Shown here piece by piece: positions 1 to 9,807 of a stretch of DNA of 64,000 nucleotides (the stretch's first letter is position 1; each line of letters begins with the position of its first letter). Under the pieces are notes generated by a model, which ran no database searches, was not told the origin of the DNA, and was given only the letters and a program-made list of their open reading frames with translations. This DNA is from Fibrobacterales bacterium. GTDB lineage: Bacteria > Fibrobacterota > Fibrobacteria > Fibrobacterales > JAOPTW01. The stretch covers positions 1 through 64,000 of the forward strand of contig JAOPTW010000037.1 of assembly GCA_051532035.1 (NCBI GenBank). The letters run 5' to 3'. The translations under genes and the position numbers were made by a program.

Positions 1-208
1 ATGCGTAGAAAGTGTGTTAAGCTTATCATCTGTGTTGTCCTCTTTAATCCCCAATGTTAATCTATATAATTTTTATGAAATACAAAATTACACCTTGAGG
101 ACATTGGGGTAAAGTGTTGACAATAAGGGCCATTCGTTGACATTGGGTGAGGTAACCCTGTTTTCACTTAAAATGAAGTGTTTTACTCATGTGAATACTA
201 TGCTTTTT

Positions 209-293
209 TTGCATCGACTGTAATCGTATACATGCCACCAGTAGGGAGAGGAGCATCACCGAAAGTCATTGCAGCAATTCCATTATCCATAAG
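209..293 (-). pseudogene. 85 bp fragment of a spondin-domain gene paralogous to 28950-30899
   Basis: Minus strand reads LMDNGIAAMTFGDAPLPTGGMYTITVDA versus LMSKGIAVSTFGDAPLPTGGMYTVTVDA in the intact gene. Ungapped match to 29273-29357 with 16 mismatches by hand count. Confidence 0.85.
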
Positions 294-305
294 AAGTCTC
301 TTACT

Positions 306-787
306 CAGCTCAATAAGCCACAAAAGGCATCGAGCTGGAGAGAGGGAGTCGTTGATCTGAAAGATCAAAACACCATCCTCGTCCCTCTCAGTATTTTAAA
401 TGCTGATCGCATTTTGTACAACTCAACGGGTTGAGTGCCGCTATTCGCGCTACTCGATCTGTTTGTATGGGATTCAAATAAAGATGCGTTTACGATAATA
501 TGCTAAGGCATATTATCGCCCTACGGGCAGGCAAAGCCTGTGCTAAATGCTTGGTCGCATTTAGAAGGGCTGACTGATACCTATTGGTTCTTGGGTAGGG
601 TGGAGTATAAAGCGCATCGTGGGTCTCAGCCTATGAGTATTGGGTAAACATAGCGCGAAGAGCGGTGTATTACCCGGTTGATTAGTTTAGAAGGCGTGAG
701 CGTTATTAACTGATTGGAGGGGCGAGGTTGGAGAATCCTATTCCTCCGGTGCTTTGGCAGAGTGCGGGTATGATGGCTGTGGGGTAG
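306..787 (+). pseudogene. Scrambled remnants of the C-terminal region of a helicase-DUF3427 gene
   Basis: 306-383 QLNKPQKASSWREGVVDLKDQNTILV; 564-647 EGLTDTYWFLGRVEYKAHRGSQPMSIG*; 725-787 RLENPIPPVLWQSAGMMAVG*. These resemble the DUF3427 motifs REGV, FLG..(Y)..H.GS.PMSI.W.L..P.P..LW..A..(M/L)AVG*. Pieces are separated by unrelated sequence. Confidence 0.75.
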
Positions 788-1141
788 AAAGAGTGGATAA
801 GTAACAGTTGTCTCATATATTCAGTTGTTATAGAGCATAGTGGGTGAGCATATGGGTGGTCTTAATGTGCTTATGCTTACTTTAAGAAAGCGGTAATTGT
901 GCTGAAATGACAATGCGTTTATCTGATTACTTGGGGTTTTACTAGTTTATATACTCGTTAAGAAGATATATCACTTCGAGAGGAAGTTTGATGAGGTGTC
1001 CGGCCTGTAAAGACCAATAAATCAATTGATTGCTAAAAGTATGGAGAGTTATATATGCACGAGCTCTTCTGTTTATTAGTGTACAAGTCTTAAATAGCTG
1101 TATTTTGATGATTTATAGGTGGGTGTAAGGCTGATGTGATA

Positions 1142-1222
1142 ATAATTGTCACAATTATATAAACTACTACCTACTTGATGTATTAAAATGTATTTTAATT
1201 ATTACATATGTATACAAATGTA
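1142..1222 (+). promoter_or_regulatory. Putative operator region of the PspA/flotillin operon
   Basis: Perfect inverted repeat ATAATTGT-C-ACAATTAT (1142-1158) and ATGTA boxes at 1178, 1188, 1208 and 1218, directly upstream of the ATG at 1240. Confidence 0.45.
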
Positions 1223-1239
1223 ATTTGGGTGGTGGGATC

Positions 1240-1761
1240 ATGAGTCAGAAAACAATATCAATGAGCTTACGGGTTTCTCAAGAAGATGCTGATTTCTTAG
1301 TTTCTCTAAATATTAATGGAGCAAAAACTCCAAGTGATAAATTAAGAGCAATAATCTCAAAAGCGAGACAACAAACACAGGGAACCGAAAGTTTTGGCTC
1401 GGCATTAGAGTTTATTCAATCGCTCACTGTTGATATAACTAATAAAATTAAGGATTTAGAACAGGCACGGTCTATGCATTCTGATTTAGTTAATACGTAT
1501 AGTGATTGGCTTATTGATGCAATGGCGAGTTTTATCAATCTTCAATCATCAAAAGATATCGATGATAAAGACTTCGACTTGAATACCATCGAAGAAAGTA
1601 TGAACAAAAGAGTGATGAGGCTTTTTGAAAGCGTAATGAGAATGTCAATAACAGATTCAGCCCCCTGTTATGATCCTGCAATAATTAAAAAATCTATTGG
1701 GCCAACTTTAGAACTGTTAAAAGTTATACAACTAAGAAAAGAATTAAATAAGGAGAATTAA
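1240..1761 (+). CDS. Hypothetical protein with possible N-terminal ribbon-helix-helix DNA-binding motif
   Basis: ATG at 1240 after GGTGGGA. N-terminus KTISMSLRVSQEDADFL...PSDKLRAII has a strand-helix-helix pattern. First gene of a tightly spaced operon. Confidence 0.6.
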   Translation: MSQKTISMSLRVSQEDADFLVSLNINGAKTPSDKLRAIISKARQQTQGTESFGSALEFIQSLTVDITNKIKDLEQARSMHSDLVNTYSDWLIDAMASFINLQSSKDIDDKDFDLNTIEESMNKRVMRLFESVMRMSITDSAPCYDPAIIKKSIGPTLELLKVIQLRKELNKEN

Positions 1762-1762
1762 G

Positions 1763-2440
1763 ATGAATGAAGGAATGACGGCAAGAGTATCAAGAATTAT
1801 CAGTGGAAGTGCTAATAGGTTAATAACCATAATCGAAAGTGCTGCACCAGAAGTGGTTATGGAAGAGTCCATTAGAGAAATTGATGATGCTATTTATGAT
1901 GTGAAATCTGAATTGGGTAAAGTAGAAGCATCCAAGCATATGATCAGCAAAAGACTTATTGAAACAAATAATAAACATAATGAATTAAGTGAGAATATCT
2001 CTATTGCACTCAATGAGAACCGTGATGATTTGGCAGAAGCGGCAGTTTCGAAACAAATGGATTTAGAGGCTCAGATACCTATAATGGAAAATGCGATCTC
2101 TGAAAATATTGAAAAAGAAAAAGAATTAGAAGGGTATATACTTGCATTGAATGGTAAAAAGAGTGAAATGAGAGAAGAGCTGCAGTCATTTAAGGATGCA
2201 AAAAAGAAAGATACACTTGCGAGTGTAGAACTATCTAAGCTGAATTTGAGTGAGGCTGATATTGAACAAAAAGTGTCAAAAGCAGAAGAGGCGTTCAATA
2301 GAGTGATGGGGAATTCAATGGGCATTTCAACGGGTAGAAAAACAAATCTTGAAAATGATGTTAAGATTTCAGAGCTTGCAGAGCTTGCGCGGTCAAATAG
2401 AATCAAAGAGCGTCTCGCTGAAATTAAGGCAAAGAAATAA
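1763..2440 (+). CDS. PspA/IM30 family protein
   Basis: 225 aa coiled coil with PE.VMEESIREID, A(L)NENRDDLAEAA and C-terminal IKERLAEIK. RBS AAGGAG. Confidence 0.88.
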   Translation: MNEGMTARVSRIISGSANRLITIIESAAPEVVMEESIREIDDAIYDVKSELGKVEASKHMISKRLIETNNKHNELSENISIALNENRDDLAEAAVSKQMDLEAQIPIMENAISENIEKEKELEGYILALNGKKSEMREELQSFKDAKKKDTLASVELSKLNLSEADIEQKVSKAEEAFNRVMGNSMGISTGRKTNLENDVKISELAELARSNRIKERLAEIKAKK

Positions 2441-2443
2441 TTT

Positions 2444-3115
2444 ATGATAGAATTAGCTTTATCAAGCCATAATATACCGTTTACTGTGGCTATTTGTATC
2501 ATGTTTTCAATAGCACTCATGGAAGGTGTTGGACTTCTTTTTGGCGTTGGGTTCTCAAATATTTTGGACTCAGTTTTTCCAGATATAGATATAGACGCAG
2601 ACATTCCAGACGATTTTCAATCACCTGATTTCTTTTCCAGAATACTGACTTGGTTACGGGTTGGGAAGGTGCCAATATTAGTTTTGGTAATAATTGCACT
2701 CACCGCATTTGGAGTCATTGGTTTTTTGATACAAATAGTATCGCACTCGTTTGTGGCGCATTATTGGCCGGCATATATTGCAAGTATTCCTGCGGTGATG
2801 TTGTCTATTCCAGTAGTCAGAATAACGGCAAAAGTCTTAAATAGGTTTATACCAGAAGATGAATCCGATTCGATTTCGATAAAGACATTTATAGGGAAGG
2901 TTGTAACAATTACTTTAGGTACTGCGACAATTGGTCATCCCGCTGAGGCAAAATTTAAAGATGAGCATGGGCATACCCATTATATGATGGTGGAGCCTGA
3001 TGCTGAAGATATACAATTTCCCCAAGGATCTGAAGTGATCCTTTTAAAACAAAATGGTAGCGTCTTTCAAGCTATGTTAAACAATAATGAATTATTAACT
3101 AATAAAAACAACTAG
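2444..3115 (+). CDS. yqiJ: YqiJ family (DUF1449, NfeD-like) inner membrane protein with C-terminal OB fold
   Basis: N.PFTVA, WLRVGKVP, three TM segments, G.A..G.PAEAKFKDEHGHTHY.MVEP. Lies directly upstream of a flotillin. Confidence 0.85.
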   Translation: MIELALSSHNIPFTVAICIMFSIALMEGVGLLFGVGFSNILDSVFPDIDIDADIPDDFQSPDFFSRILTWLRVGKVPILVLVIIALTAFGVIGFLIQIVSHSFVAHYWPAYIASIPAVMLSIPVVRITAKVLNRFIPEDESDSISIKTFIGKVVTITLGTATIGHPAEAKFKDEHGHTHYMMVEPDAEDIQFPQGSEVILLKQNGSVFQAMLNNNELLTNKNN

Positions 3116-3127
3116 GAGAAAAAAACA

Positions 3128-4873
3128 ATGATGGAATATGGATTAGGAATTTTAGTCGGAGTACCAATTATTGCAATGATTACAATCGGTGTAATATTTG
3201 CAAAATTATATACTCGATCAACCAAAGAACTTTCTTTTGTACGAACCGGTTTAGGTGGTCAAAAAGTAATCATGAATGGAGGTGCATTAGTACTCCCAGT
3301 ATTGCATGATATCATTATGGTAAATATGAACACGATTAGATTAGAGGTGAATCGTTGCAATGAGCAGTCACTGATAACTATGGACAGAATGCGTGTAGAT
3401 GTAACAGCAGAATTTTATGTTCGAGTACAGCCCGTTACCGACTCTATAGCCGATGCGGCACAAACTCTTGGTAAACGTACCCAAGAAATTGATGAACTTA
3501 AAGAGCTTGTTGAAGGTAAATTTGTTGATGCACTTCGTTCTGTAGCTGCAGAAATGACCATGGAACAACTGCATGAAAAACGTACTGATTTTGTTCAGAA
3601 AGTACAGTCAGCGGTATCTGAAGATCTATTGAAAAACGGAATGGAGCTCGAATCAGTTTCTCTTACCTCGTTAGACCAAACAAATAAAGATTATTTTAAT
3701 CCTAATAATGCATTTGATGCAGAGGGTTTAACTAAGCTCACGCAAGAGATTGAAGCGCGCAAAAAGATGCGTAATGATATTGAGCAAGATACTAGTATTC
3801 AAATGAAAACAAAAAATCTTGAAGCTGAAAAATTAGCTCTGGAAATTTCCAAGGAGACAGAATATGCTCGTATGGAACAAAAGAGAGAGGTTGATGTTCG
3901 GTTAGCTATTGAAAATGCAAGTGTTGCTAAAGAACAAGCAGATAAAAGAAAAGAATCTGAAGAGGCGAATATCATCGCTGATCAGCGAGTTAAGTCAACT
4001 CAAATTATTGCCGAAAAAAAGATTCAAGAAGAAGAAATAGAGAAAGAAAAAGTTCTTAAAGAGAAGGAAATTGTAAAAGAGCAAACAATTCAATCTGCAC
4101 AAATTTTAAAAGAAAAAACGGTTAAAATTGCAGAGCAAGATAAGGCTATTGCTATTAGTGAAAAATCTAAAGAAGAGTCTGAAATGAATGCTGAAGCTGA
4201 AAATGCTCGTGCTCTTGCAGTAAAAGCAGAAGAAGAAGTGAAAACAGTTCAAGAAACAGAAGTTGCAAACAGAAATAAACAGATAGAATTGATAAAGGCC
4301 ATGGAGTCAGCCGAAAAAGAGGCTATCGCTATTACTGTTGCTGCCGAAGCTGATAAACGTGCAGCTCAAGATCAGGCAGAAGCTATAACAATAGCTTCTA
4401 ATGCCGAGGCTGAAAAAGAAAGAATTATAGCGAAAGGTCAAGCTGACGCTGAAGTTTTAAAAGCAGAAGCTGCTGCAAAAAAATATGAAGTTGATGCTGC
4501 GGGTACCAAGGCATTACATGATGCTGAAAATCTCCTTTCTGAAAATATTATCGATATGAAAGTTAGGCTTGCAACTATTGAAAACTTACCAGGAATTATT
4601 GAGCAAAGTGTTCGTCCAATGGAATCAATTGATTCCATCAAAATTGTTCAGGTAGATGGGCTTACCGGAGGTGGAAACAATGGCGCTGCTGTCGAAGGTG
4701 TGTCAAATGCATCAACAGGTCTCGGTGATCAAATAGTGAATAGTGCATTGCGCTATAGAGGCCAAGCTCCACTTGTCGACTCAATATTAAAAGAAGTTGG
4801 CCTAAATGCGGGTAGTTTGAGTGGTCTCACCGATGTTTTAAAAAGTGCAACAGGTGAGACTCCTGAAATATAA
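3128..4873 (+). CDS. yqiK: Flotillin/SPFH family protein (YqiK-like)
   Basis: N-terminal TM, FVRTGLGGQKV, LVEGKFVDALRSVAA, NPNNAFDAEGLT, long AE-rich coiled coil, ALRYRGQAPLVDS. Confidence 0.92.
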   Translation: MMEYGLGILVGVPIIAMITIGVIFAKLYTRSTKELSFVRTGLGGQKVIMNGGALVLPVLHDIIMVNMNTIRLEVNRCNEQSLITMDRMRVDVTAEFYVRVQPVTDSIADAAQTLGKRTQEIDELKELVEGKFVDALRSVAAEMTMEQLHEKRTDFVQKVQSAVSEDLLKNGMELESVSLTSLDQTNKDYFNPNNAFDAEGLTKLTQEIEARKKMRNDIEQDTSIQMKTKNLEAEKLALEISKETEYARMEQKREVDVRLAIENASVAKEQADKRKESEEANIIADQRVKSTQIIAEKKIQEEEIEKEKVLKEKEIVKEQTIQSAQILKEKTVKIAEQDKAIAISEKSKEESEMNAEAENARALAVKAEEEVKTVQETEVANRNKQIELIKAMESAEKEAIAITVAAEADKRAAQDQAEAITIASNAEAEKERIIAKGQADAEVLKAEAAAKKYEVDAAGTKALHDAENLLSENIIDMKVRLATIENLPGIIEQSVRPMESIDSIKIVQVDGLTGGGNNGAAVEGVSNASTGLGDQIVNSALRYRGQAPLVDSILKEVGLNAGSLSGLTDVLKSATGETPEI

Positions 4874-4947
4874 TCATAATTAAATGTATATATGGGTGAC
4901 TGCATTAGTAGCCACCCTATATATTATCTATAACTAAAGGAATTAAA

Positions 4948-5337
4948 ATGAATTATACAACAGATGAATATAGTGCTTTATTGAGCCTTATGATAGCGTA
5001 CCTTGATCAGGAAAGTGCATCAGTTAATGAAAAATTGATCTCAGGAATTACTCCTGATGAACTTGCTCTTGTTGAAAAATATTATACGGTCAATTCAAAA
5101 GAAGTTGAGTCGAAACTTGCTGATTTTGGGAGTGTCCTTAAATTGGATGAGGCTGTTAAAGCAGGGTTAGTCAATGAATCTAAAGAGGTGAAATTAAAAG
5201 CTTTGGCTGTTGGCTATAAAATGGCACTTCAAAATGATGGAGTGGTTGACAGTCTTGAAGCTGGAGTTCTTACTAAATTTAGTGTACCATTCGGGTTGAG
5301 TGCAGATGAAATTATTGCGCATGCAGCAAGTATCTAA
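4948..5337 (+). CDS. TerB-like helical protein
   Basis: RBS AAAGGA. MAL.NDGVVDSLEAGVL resembles the TerB A.ADG.....E motif. Confidence 0.55.
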   Translation: MNYTTDEYSALLSLMIAYLDQESASVNEKLISGITPDELALVEKYYTVNSKEVESKLADFGSVLKLDEAVKAGLVNESKEVKLKALAVGYKMALQNDGVVDSLEAGVLTKFSVPFGLSADEIIAHAASI

Positions 5338-5417
5338 TTGTTCCTTGTGTTAGTACAATCGGCACTGTATGTAGAGAAAATTCGTAGAGTCAACTGTCAC
5401 TAATGCAGTATTTATGC

Positions 5418-5468
5418 TCTCTCAGTTTATCAAATTTATGATTGAGTAATTTGAATGAACTGAGAGAG
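5418..5468 (+). terminator. Imperfect long hairpin downstream of the operon
   Basis: CTCTCTCAGTT...TCAAATT pairs with AATTTGA...AACTGAGAGAG. Confidence 0.4.
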
Positions 5469-5501
5469 ATTGTTTAGAACGTCAACACCTATCAAATAAT
5501 A

Positions 5502-5652
5502 ATACTTGACTGCTTTGAGGAATGGATATCTGCCAAGATGTACCTGCCCGATGCCATGAGACTGATACTTCTCTCACCGTTTCAGTATTTCTATGTCAGA
5601 CATTTCCGTAGACCTCAGAGAAGTGCCTTGGACAGCAGGGAAGTATAGTCCC
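5502..5652 (+). pseudogene. Frameshifted fragment of the helicase core of a helicase-DUF3427 gene
   Basis: ILDCFEEWISAKMYLPDAMRLILLSPFQYF then, after a frameshift, SDISVDLREVPWTAGKYSP. Resembles the family motif I...F...IA.E.RLP.A....LL.PFQYF...D.VDL..V.W..G.Y. Confidence 0.75.
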
Positions 5653-5769
5653 TTGTCTCAGGTCTAAATGTCCGCCTCGTATAATATACCTTCTACAAAG
5701 AGCAAAGCCCCAACAAGAACAGTTCACTTCATGTATCTATCATCATACACAAAGTGAACCTTCCAAATA

Positions 5770-5919
5770 CTAAAAAGCAGATATAACAGAATCCAATAAC
5801 TCTTTTTCTTCTATTGAAACATCGTTGTCAGCTTCTGATATAGCTCTGATATAGTCAATAAGTAGATTCTTATGTTCATCCTCAAGGACTGTACTGATTG
5901 TTTGGGTTAGTTTCGAAAT
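5770..5919 (-). pseudogene. Start-less C-terminal fragment of a TerB-family gene
   Basis: ISKLTQTISTVLEDEHKNLLIDYIRAISEADNDVSIEEKELLDSVISAF*, with the TerB-type EADNDVSIEE motif. No start codon found; it abuts the repeat at 5930. Confidence 0.6.
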
Positions 5920-5929
5920 ATCTGGTAAA

Positions 5930-5956
5930 AGTGCGGGTAAGATGGCTGTGGGGTAG
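5930..5956 (+). repeat. Copy 2 of the DUF3427 gene 3' terminus (SAGKMAVG*)
   Basis: AGTGCGGGTAAGATGGCTGTGGGGTAG differs at 1 of 27 positions from 761-787. A third copy is at 27538-27564. Confidence 0.9.
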
Positions 5957-6061
5957 GGGGGCTATAAACTTCCCAGAAAAACCACTTAATTGTAATCGCA
6001 TATAATACCAGTGAGCACTGTCAAAGATATTTAATTACATTTATAAATGATGAGAGGATTT

Positions 6062-7492
6062 ATGAAAATACTAAACAAATTTATTTTACTGAGCATACTA
6101 ATGTTTTCGGTGCAGACTTGTTCAGATAAAGCAGGCAGCACTGGAGTAAACAATTCTATTGGACAGAACAATGAGTCCAGTTCGGTTACAACGAATGTAT
6201 CTAGTTCCGCCATATCTAATAAGTCTATTTTAGACACGGCGAAGCTAAACAGTAGTAGCGCCATTTCCTTTGATATGGTGGTGTCGTCAAGTGAATCTTC
6301 AGTGATAAAAGAAAGCTCATATGGGGTCGCTTCTGAATATTCAAATGCAAACTCTGTGAGTAGTAATACTATACCGAGTAGTTCAAAAGGAATGGTACTA
6401 TCAAGCAGTAGTGTATATAGCTCAGAAAAAGAAGGTGCGGTGAGTAGTAGTGATTTTGTGTCGAGCAGCAGTATCAGTAGTAGTGTGTCAAGTAGCAGTG
6501 TCGCAAAAAGTGTAAACGCACTGGGAGTTCCAACAAAAGAATATAATGCACTTTTGGATTTATATGCTACAGCAAATGGAGATTCATGGGATGATAATAC
6601 TGGGTGGCTCGATTCTACTGCTGCATCTTGGTATGGAGTTGTGGTAAAAAATAACCATGTCTCAGAACTTTTACTGCACTATAATAACCTGAGTGGAACC
6701 ATTACTGATTCAATAGGAAATTTAGAGAGGCTTTCAAATTTGTCTCTGAGTAATAATAGTATTGAGGGGAATATTCCCTCTTCCATAGGTCAGTTAACCT
6801 ATTTACGAAACTTGAGCTTAACGCACAATCAACTGACGGGTGAAATTCCGGATGCCTTCTCTAGCTTAACGAATCTCATAGATTTGTCTCTTAATGATAA
6901 TGTGTTAGTGGGGGAGTTGCCAGAATCCGTTGGTGAGTTGAGTCAGCTCACTACATTGAGTGTATATAGTAACAGCCTAACCGGAACATTTCCAGAGAAC
7001 TATTCTCAGTTAATTAATCTGACCAGCCTTAATTTGGCAGGCAATAATTTTACCGGAGAGTTACCCGGTAGTATTGGTAAACTCTATAGTTTAAAGATTT
7101 TTTCAATTTCTCAGAATAATTTTACAGGAACTATTCCAGATAGTCTCGGAACCTTATCAAACCTAAAATGGTTTGCTGTAAACGACAATAATTTTACTGG
7201 CCCTTTACCTGCAAGTCTTGGGGGGCTCACGAATCTTAGTGTGATTTCTGCACAAAAGAACAATTTAACAGGTACAATACCGGAATCTTATGCGGTTTTG
7301 CCTGCATTAAATTGGTTGGTTGTAATAGAAAATTCACTTTCTGGTATTATTCCAAGTTTTATAACTTCATTTACAAATAGTGATATTATTGAGCTGTATG
7401 ATAATGATTATTGTCATGAGGATCAAGCAGATGAGGTTCTTACGTTTCTTGTTGGCAAAGATTGGAAAAATACTTTTCCTACTTGTATATAG
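6062..7492 (+). CDS. Leucine-rich repeat lipoprotein with Ser-rich linker
   Basis: Signal peptide ending SVQTC, poly-Ser linker, ALLDLYATANG.SW..NTGW cap, plant-specific-type LRRs (L.L..N.L.G.IP..IG.L). Confidence 0.9.
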   Translation: MKILNKFILLSILMFSVQTCSDKAGSTGVNNSIGQNNESSSVTTNVSSSAISNKSILDTAKLNSSSAISFDMVVSSSESSVIKESSYGVASEYSNANSVSSNTIPSSSKGMVLSSSSVYSSEKEGAVSSSDFVSSSSISSSVSSSSVAKSVNALGVPTKEYNALLDLYATANGDSWDDNTGWLDSTAASWYGVVVKNNHVSELLLHYNNLSGTITDSIGNLERLSNLSLSNNSIEGNIPSSIGQLTYLRNLSLTHNQLTGEIPDAFSSLTNLIDLSLNDNVLVGELPESVGELSQLTTLSVYSNSLTGTFPENYSQLINLTSLNLAGNNFTGELPGSIGKLYSLKIFSISQNNFTGTIPDSLGTLSNLKWFAVNDNNFTGPLPASLGGLTNLSVISAQKNNLTGTIPESYAVLPALNWLVVIENSLSGIIPSFITSFTNSDIIELYDNDYCHEDQADEVLTFLVGKDWKNTFPTCI

Positions 7493-7618
7493 AAGGAATG
7501 ATATGTAATGGTTCTTGGGTGATGGGTATTGTTTTATGTAATTAAGGATTTAAGCTCAGTCTGGTGAAGTGTAACGGGTCATAGTTAGAATCCAAGTCAA
7601 AACCACCATGTGAGATCA

Positions 7619-9079
7619 TCAATCTTTTATACAGCGCACTGATCTAACAAGTTCTTTCTGGGCATTTCTGAAATTAAATTTATTCGAGGTTGCTTGGAAC
7701 ACTGCGGTTTTGACGAACTCAGAATATTCAGGAATTGTATCACTTAACCAGAAATGAGCTTGTGTACCCAGATAGTCATACTTTTCAACTTCGATCTTGG
7801 GATAGGGGAGAATAACAGTAGCTGAATAGCCACCAGGTAAAATTCCAAAACCAAAGATATCTATACTGTCTGAGTCTAAGGGGAGTGGCTTGGAATTCCA
7901 ATTGACATTTGCAAGAAGCTTTTGACCGCTTTTGCCATAATCAAACGTAATATTCTCTATGGTGTGTTCCAGAATTTCGAAATCGCCTATAGAAGGGATG
8001 TGCCAGCCTTCAGGGCAAATGTCATGTTGAGAAATAGTATTTATGATGTCATTGCTATCGATATCCATTGTGGTGTACCAGTTATAGAGTCTGCCATATG
8101 TTTGACAATGCTCGCTGTCTCTGTGGTCTTCCTTATCTATCTTGGCGCCTCCATCAACATAGCAATACCCAATAGTAAAGTCTTTTAATGAATCTTCTGT
8201 ATGACCTGAATAATTTAAGTTTTCAGCCATCCACACTTGGTCACCCACTGTAACTGACGTATAGGCTTGTTGGTCACGATGATCTATAAATTCGATTATT
8301 TCTTTTGAAATAACAGCTGTGTTTTTTTGAATACACCGAACCGATACCCCAACAGTTTTTTCGAAAGAGATTGAGTTAAATAAGCTGTCATGCGCATTTA
8401 GAGAATAGGCTGATGCATTATTGTCGGAAAATTCGGTGGCACTCCACCAATATCCATTCATATCAATATAATTGTAATGGCCCATAGAAGAACGAATTCC
8501 TCCAGGCAGTGCAGTAAATCCAAGTGTGTTGTTGCCATCCTTTTGCCAGAGTTCTGTGTCTGCTTTTAATATTTCTGCAATATTTGAATCGAGGGAATTT
8601 CCATATACAGTGCCATTGAGTCGATACACAGATATGTAACTAAGAAAGTTCCAATCATCATCAGCGGGTATTTGCCAATCTGGAGGACAAACACTTGCTG
8701 AATTGTTAGTAGGAAATAATTCGTTCCAAGTGTAGAGTCTGCCATAAGTATCACACAATGTATTGGTTTGATTTGAATCTTCGTCATAACAGTACCCTAT
8801 AGGTGAATGTGACGTTCCCTTAAAATTGAGGTTTTCTATCATCCAATCAGTATGTCCTATTGATGCATACTTATATGTTTGTGAATCACGGGAGTCAACG
8901 AGAGTAGAATAATCCACATTCCAGTCAATTTCCTCGTGAGAGTAATTATGTTGATAGGGAGTGTGCGATGAACTGCTATAATCACTATAGCGGCTTTCAT
9001 TATAAACGGTTTCCGTACAATTCACCATCATGATAAGAAGTGAACAGAGAAAGAGCTTTATAGGATACTTTTGTTTCAA
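7619..9079 (-). CDS. FISUMP (Fibrobacter succinogenes major paralogous) double-domain lipoprotein
   Basis: Two copies of D.RD.Q.Y...IG...WM.ENLN, YGRLY.W, CP..W.IP, GF..LPGG, SVRCI. TTG start. Confidence 0.9.
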   Translation of the reverse strand: MKQKYPIKLFLCSLLIMMVNCTETVYNESRYSDYSSSSHTPYQHNYSHEEIDWNVDYSTLVDSRDSQTYKYASIGHTDWMIENLNFKGTSHSPIGYCYDEDSNQTNTLCDTYGRLYTWNELFPTNNSASVCPPDWQIPADDDWNFLSYISVYRLNGTVYGNSLDSNIAEILKADTELWQKDGNNTLGFTALPGGIRSSMGHYNYIDMNGYWWSATEFSDNNASAYSLNAHDSLFNSISFEKTVGVSVRCIQKNTAVISKEIIEFIDHRDQQAYTSVTVGDQVWMAENLNYSGHTEDSLKDFTIGYCYVDGGAKIDKEDHRDSEHCQTYGRLYNWYTTMDIDSNDIINTISQHDICPEGWHIPSIGDFEILEHTIENITFDYGKSGQKLLANVNWNSKPLPLDSDSIDIFGFGILPGGYSATVILPYPKIEVEKYDYLGTQAHFWLSDTIPEYSEFVKTAVFQATSNKFNFRNAQKELVRSVRCIKD

Positions 9080-9169
9080 AGGTTACCAATGTGGAACAAA
9101 AATATTGAAATTAGTTAAATTGGGGGTTGCTGTCTTTATAAAGAAAATGGGATACCCATTTGATTACCT

Positions 9170-9802
9170 ATGTGTTTTAATATTCATCATATATTAGTTG
9201 GGCTACTTGGATGTACCTTTTTGATGTTTTCTGCATGTACGCGTTGTGACGTCACAGAGGAAAAGGACATTTTAATTTCGATTCAGCTAATACAACAAGA
9301 AAACATGAATCTCAATGGAGATGCTTTTAGAAGTACTATTACTTGGCCAACAAAATATCACACAGATGAATCTGATTATTTAGAAGTTACAAATTCAGGT
9401 TTTTTCTTTCAAATTCCTTTGAATAACAAAGAAAATCTGCCTTTTTCATATAGAGTGGCAGTGGATGGTGATGATATTCGTTTTCCCATTATAGGAAATA
9501 CACTTCCAATCAGACGCTCATTAGATCCATCAGATTATCCTGATAAGATTGATGAATCTGCCTATCAAATTATTGTCGAAAAAATGGATACGTGCATCGT
9601 GTTGACTGATGAAAATATAAAATCCCATAGATTACTACAATCCATGAAATACTGGAATGTTCAATGTTATGATGTAACTCTCACCAGAGAGGATAAACTA
9701 TACCATGCCCGTTATGAAAAAATAGAATGGATATATGATAGTGAACATTGTCATGATGATAATTATTCTCCTGATTTACCGAACATTTATATTGGGGGGT
9801 GA
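9170..9802 (+). CDS. Hypothetical lipoprotein
   Basis: 210 aa ORF with hydrophobic N-terminus ending FSAC. Confidence 0.6.
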   Translation: MCFNIHHILVGLLGCTFLMFSACTRCDVTEEKDILISIQLIQQENMNLNGDAFRSTITWPTKYHTDESDYLEVTNSGFFFQIPLNNKENLPFSYRVAVDGDDIRFPIIGNTLPIRRSLDPSDYPDKIDESAYQIIVEKMDTCIVLTDENIKSHRLLQSMKYWNVQCYDVTLTREDKLYHARYEKIEWIYDSEHCHDDNYSPDLPNIYIGG

Positions 9803-9807
9803 TGATG

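Noticed and set aside
178..360. 60 aa + strand ORF
   Set aside because: It is the antisense reading of the spondin fragment joined to an off-frame DUF3427 shard, not a gene.
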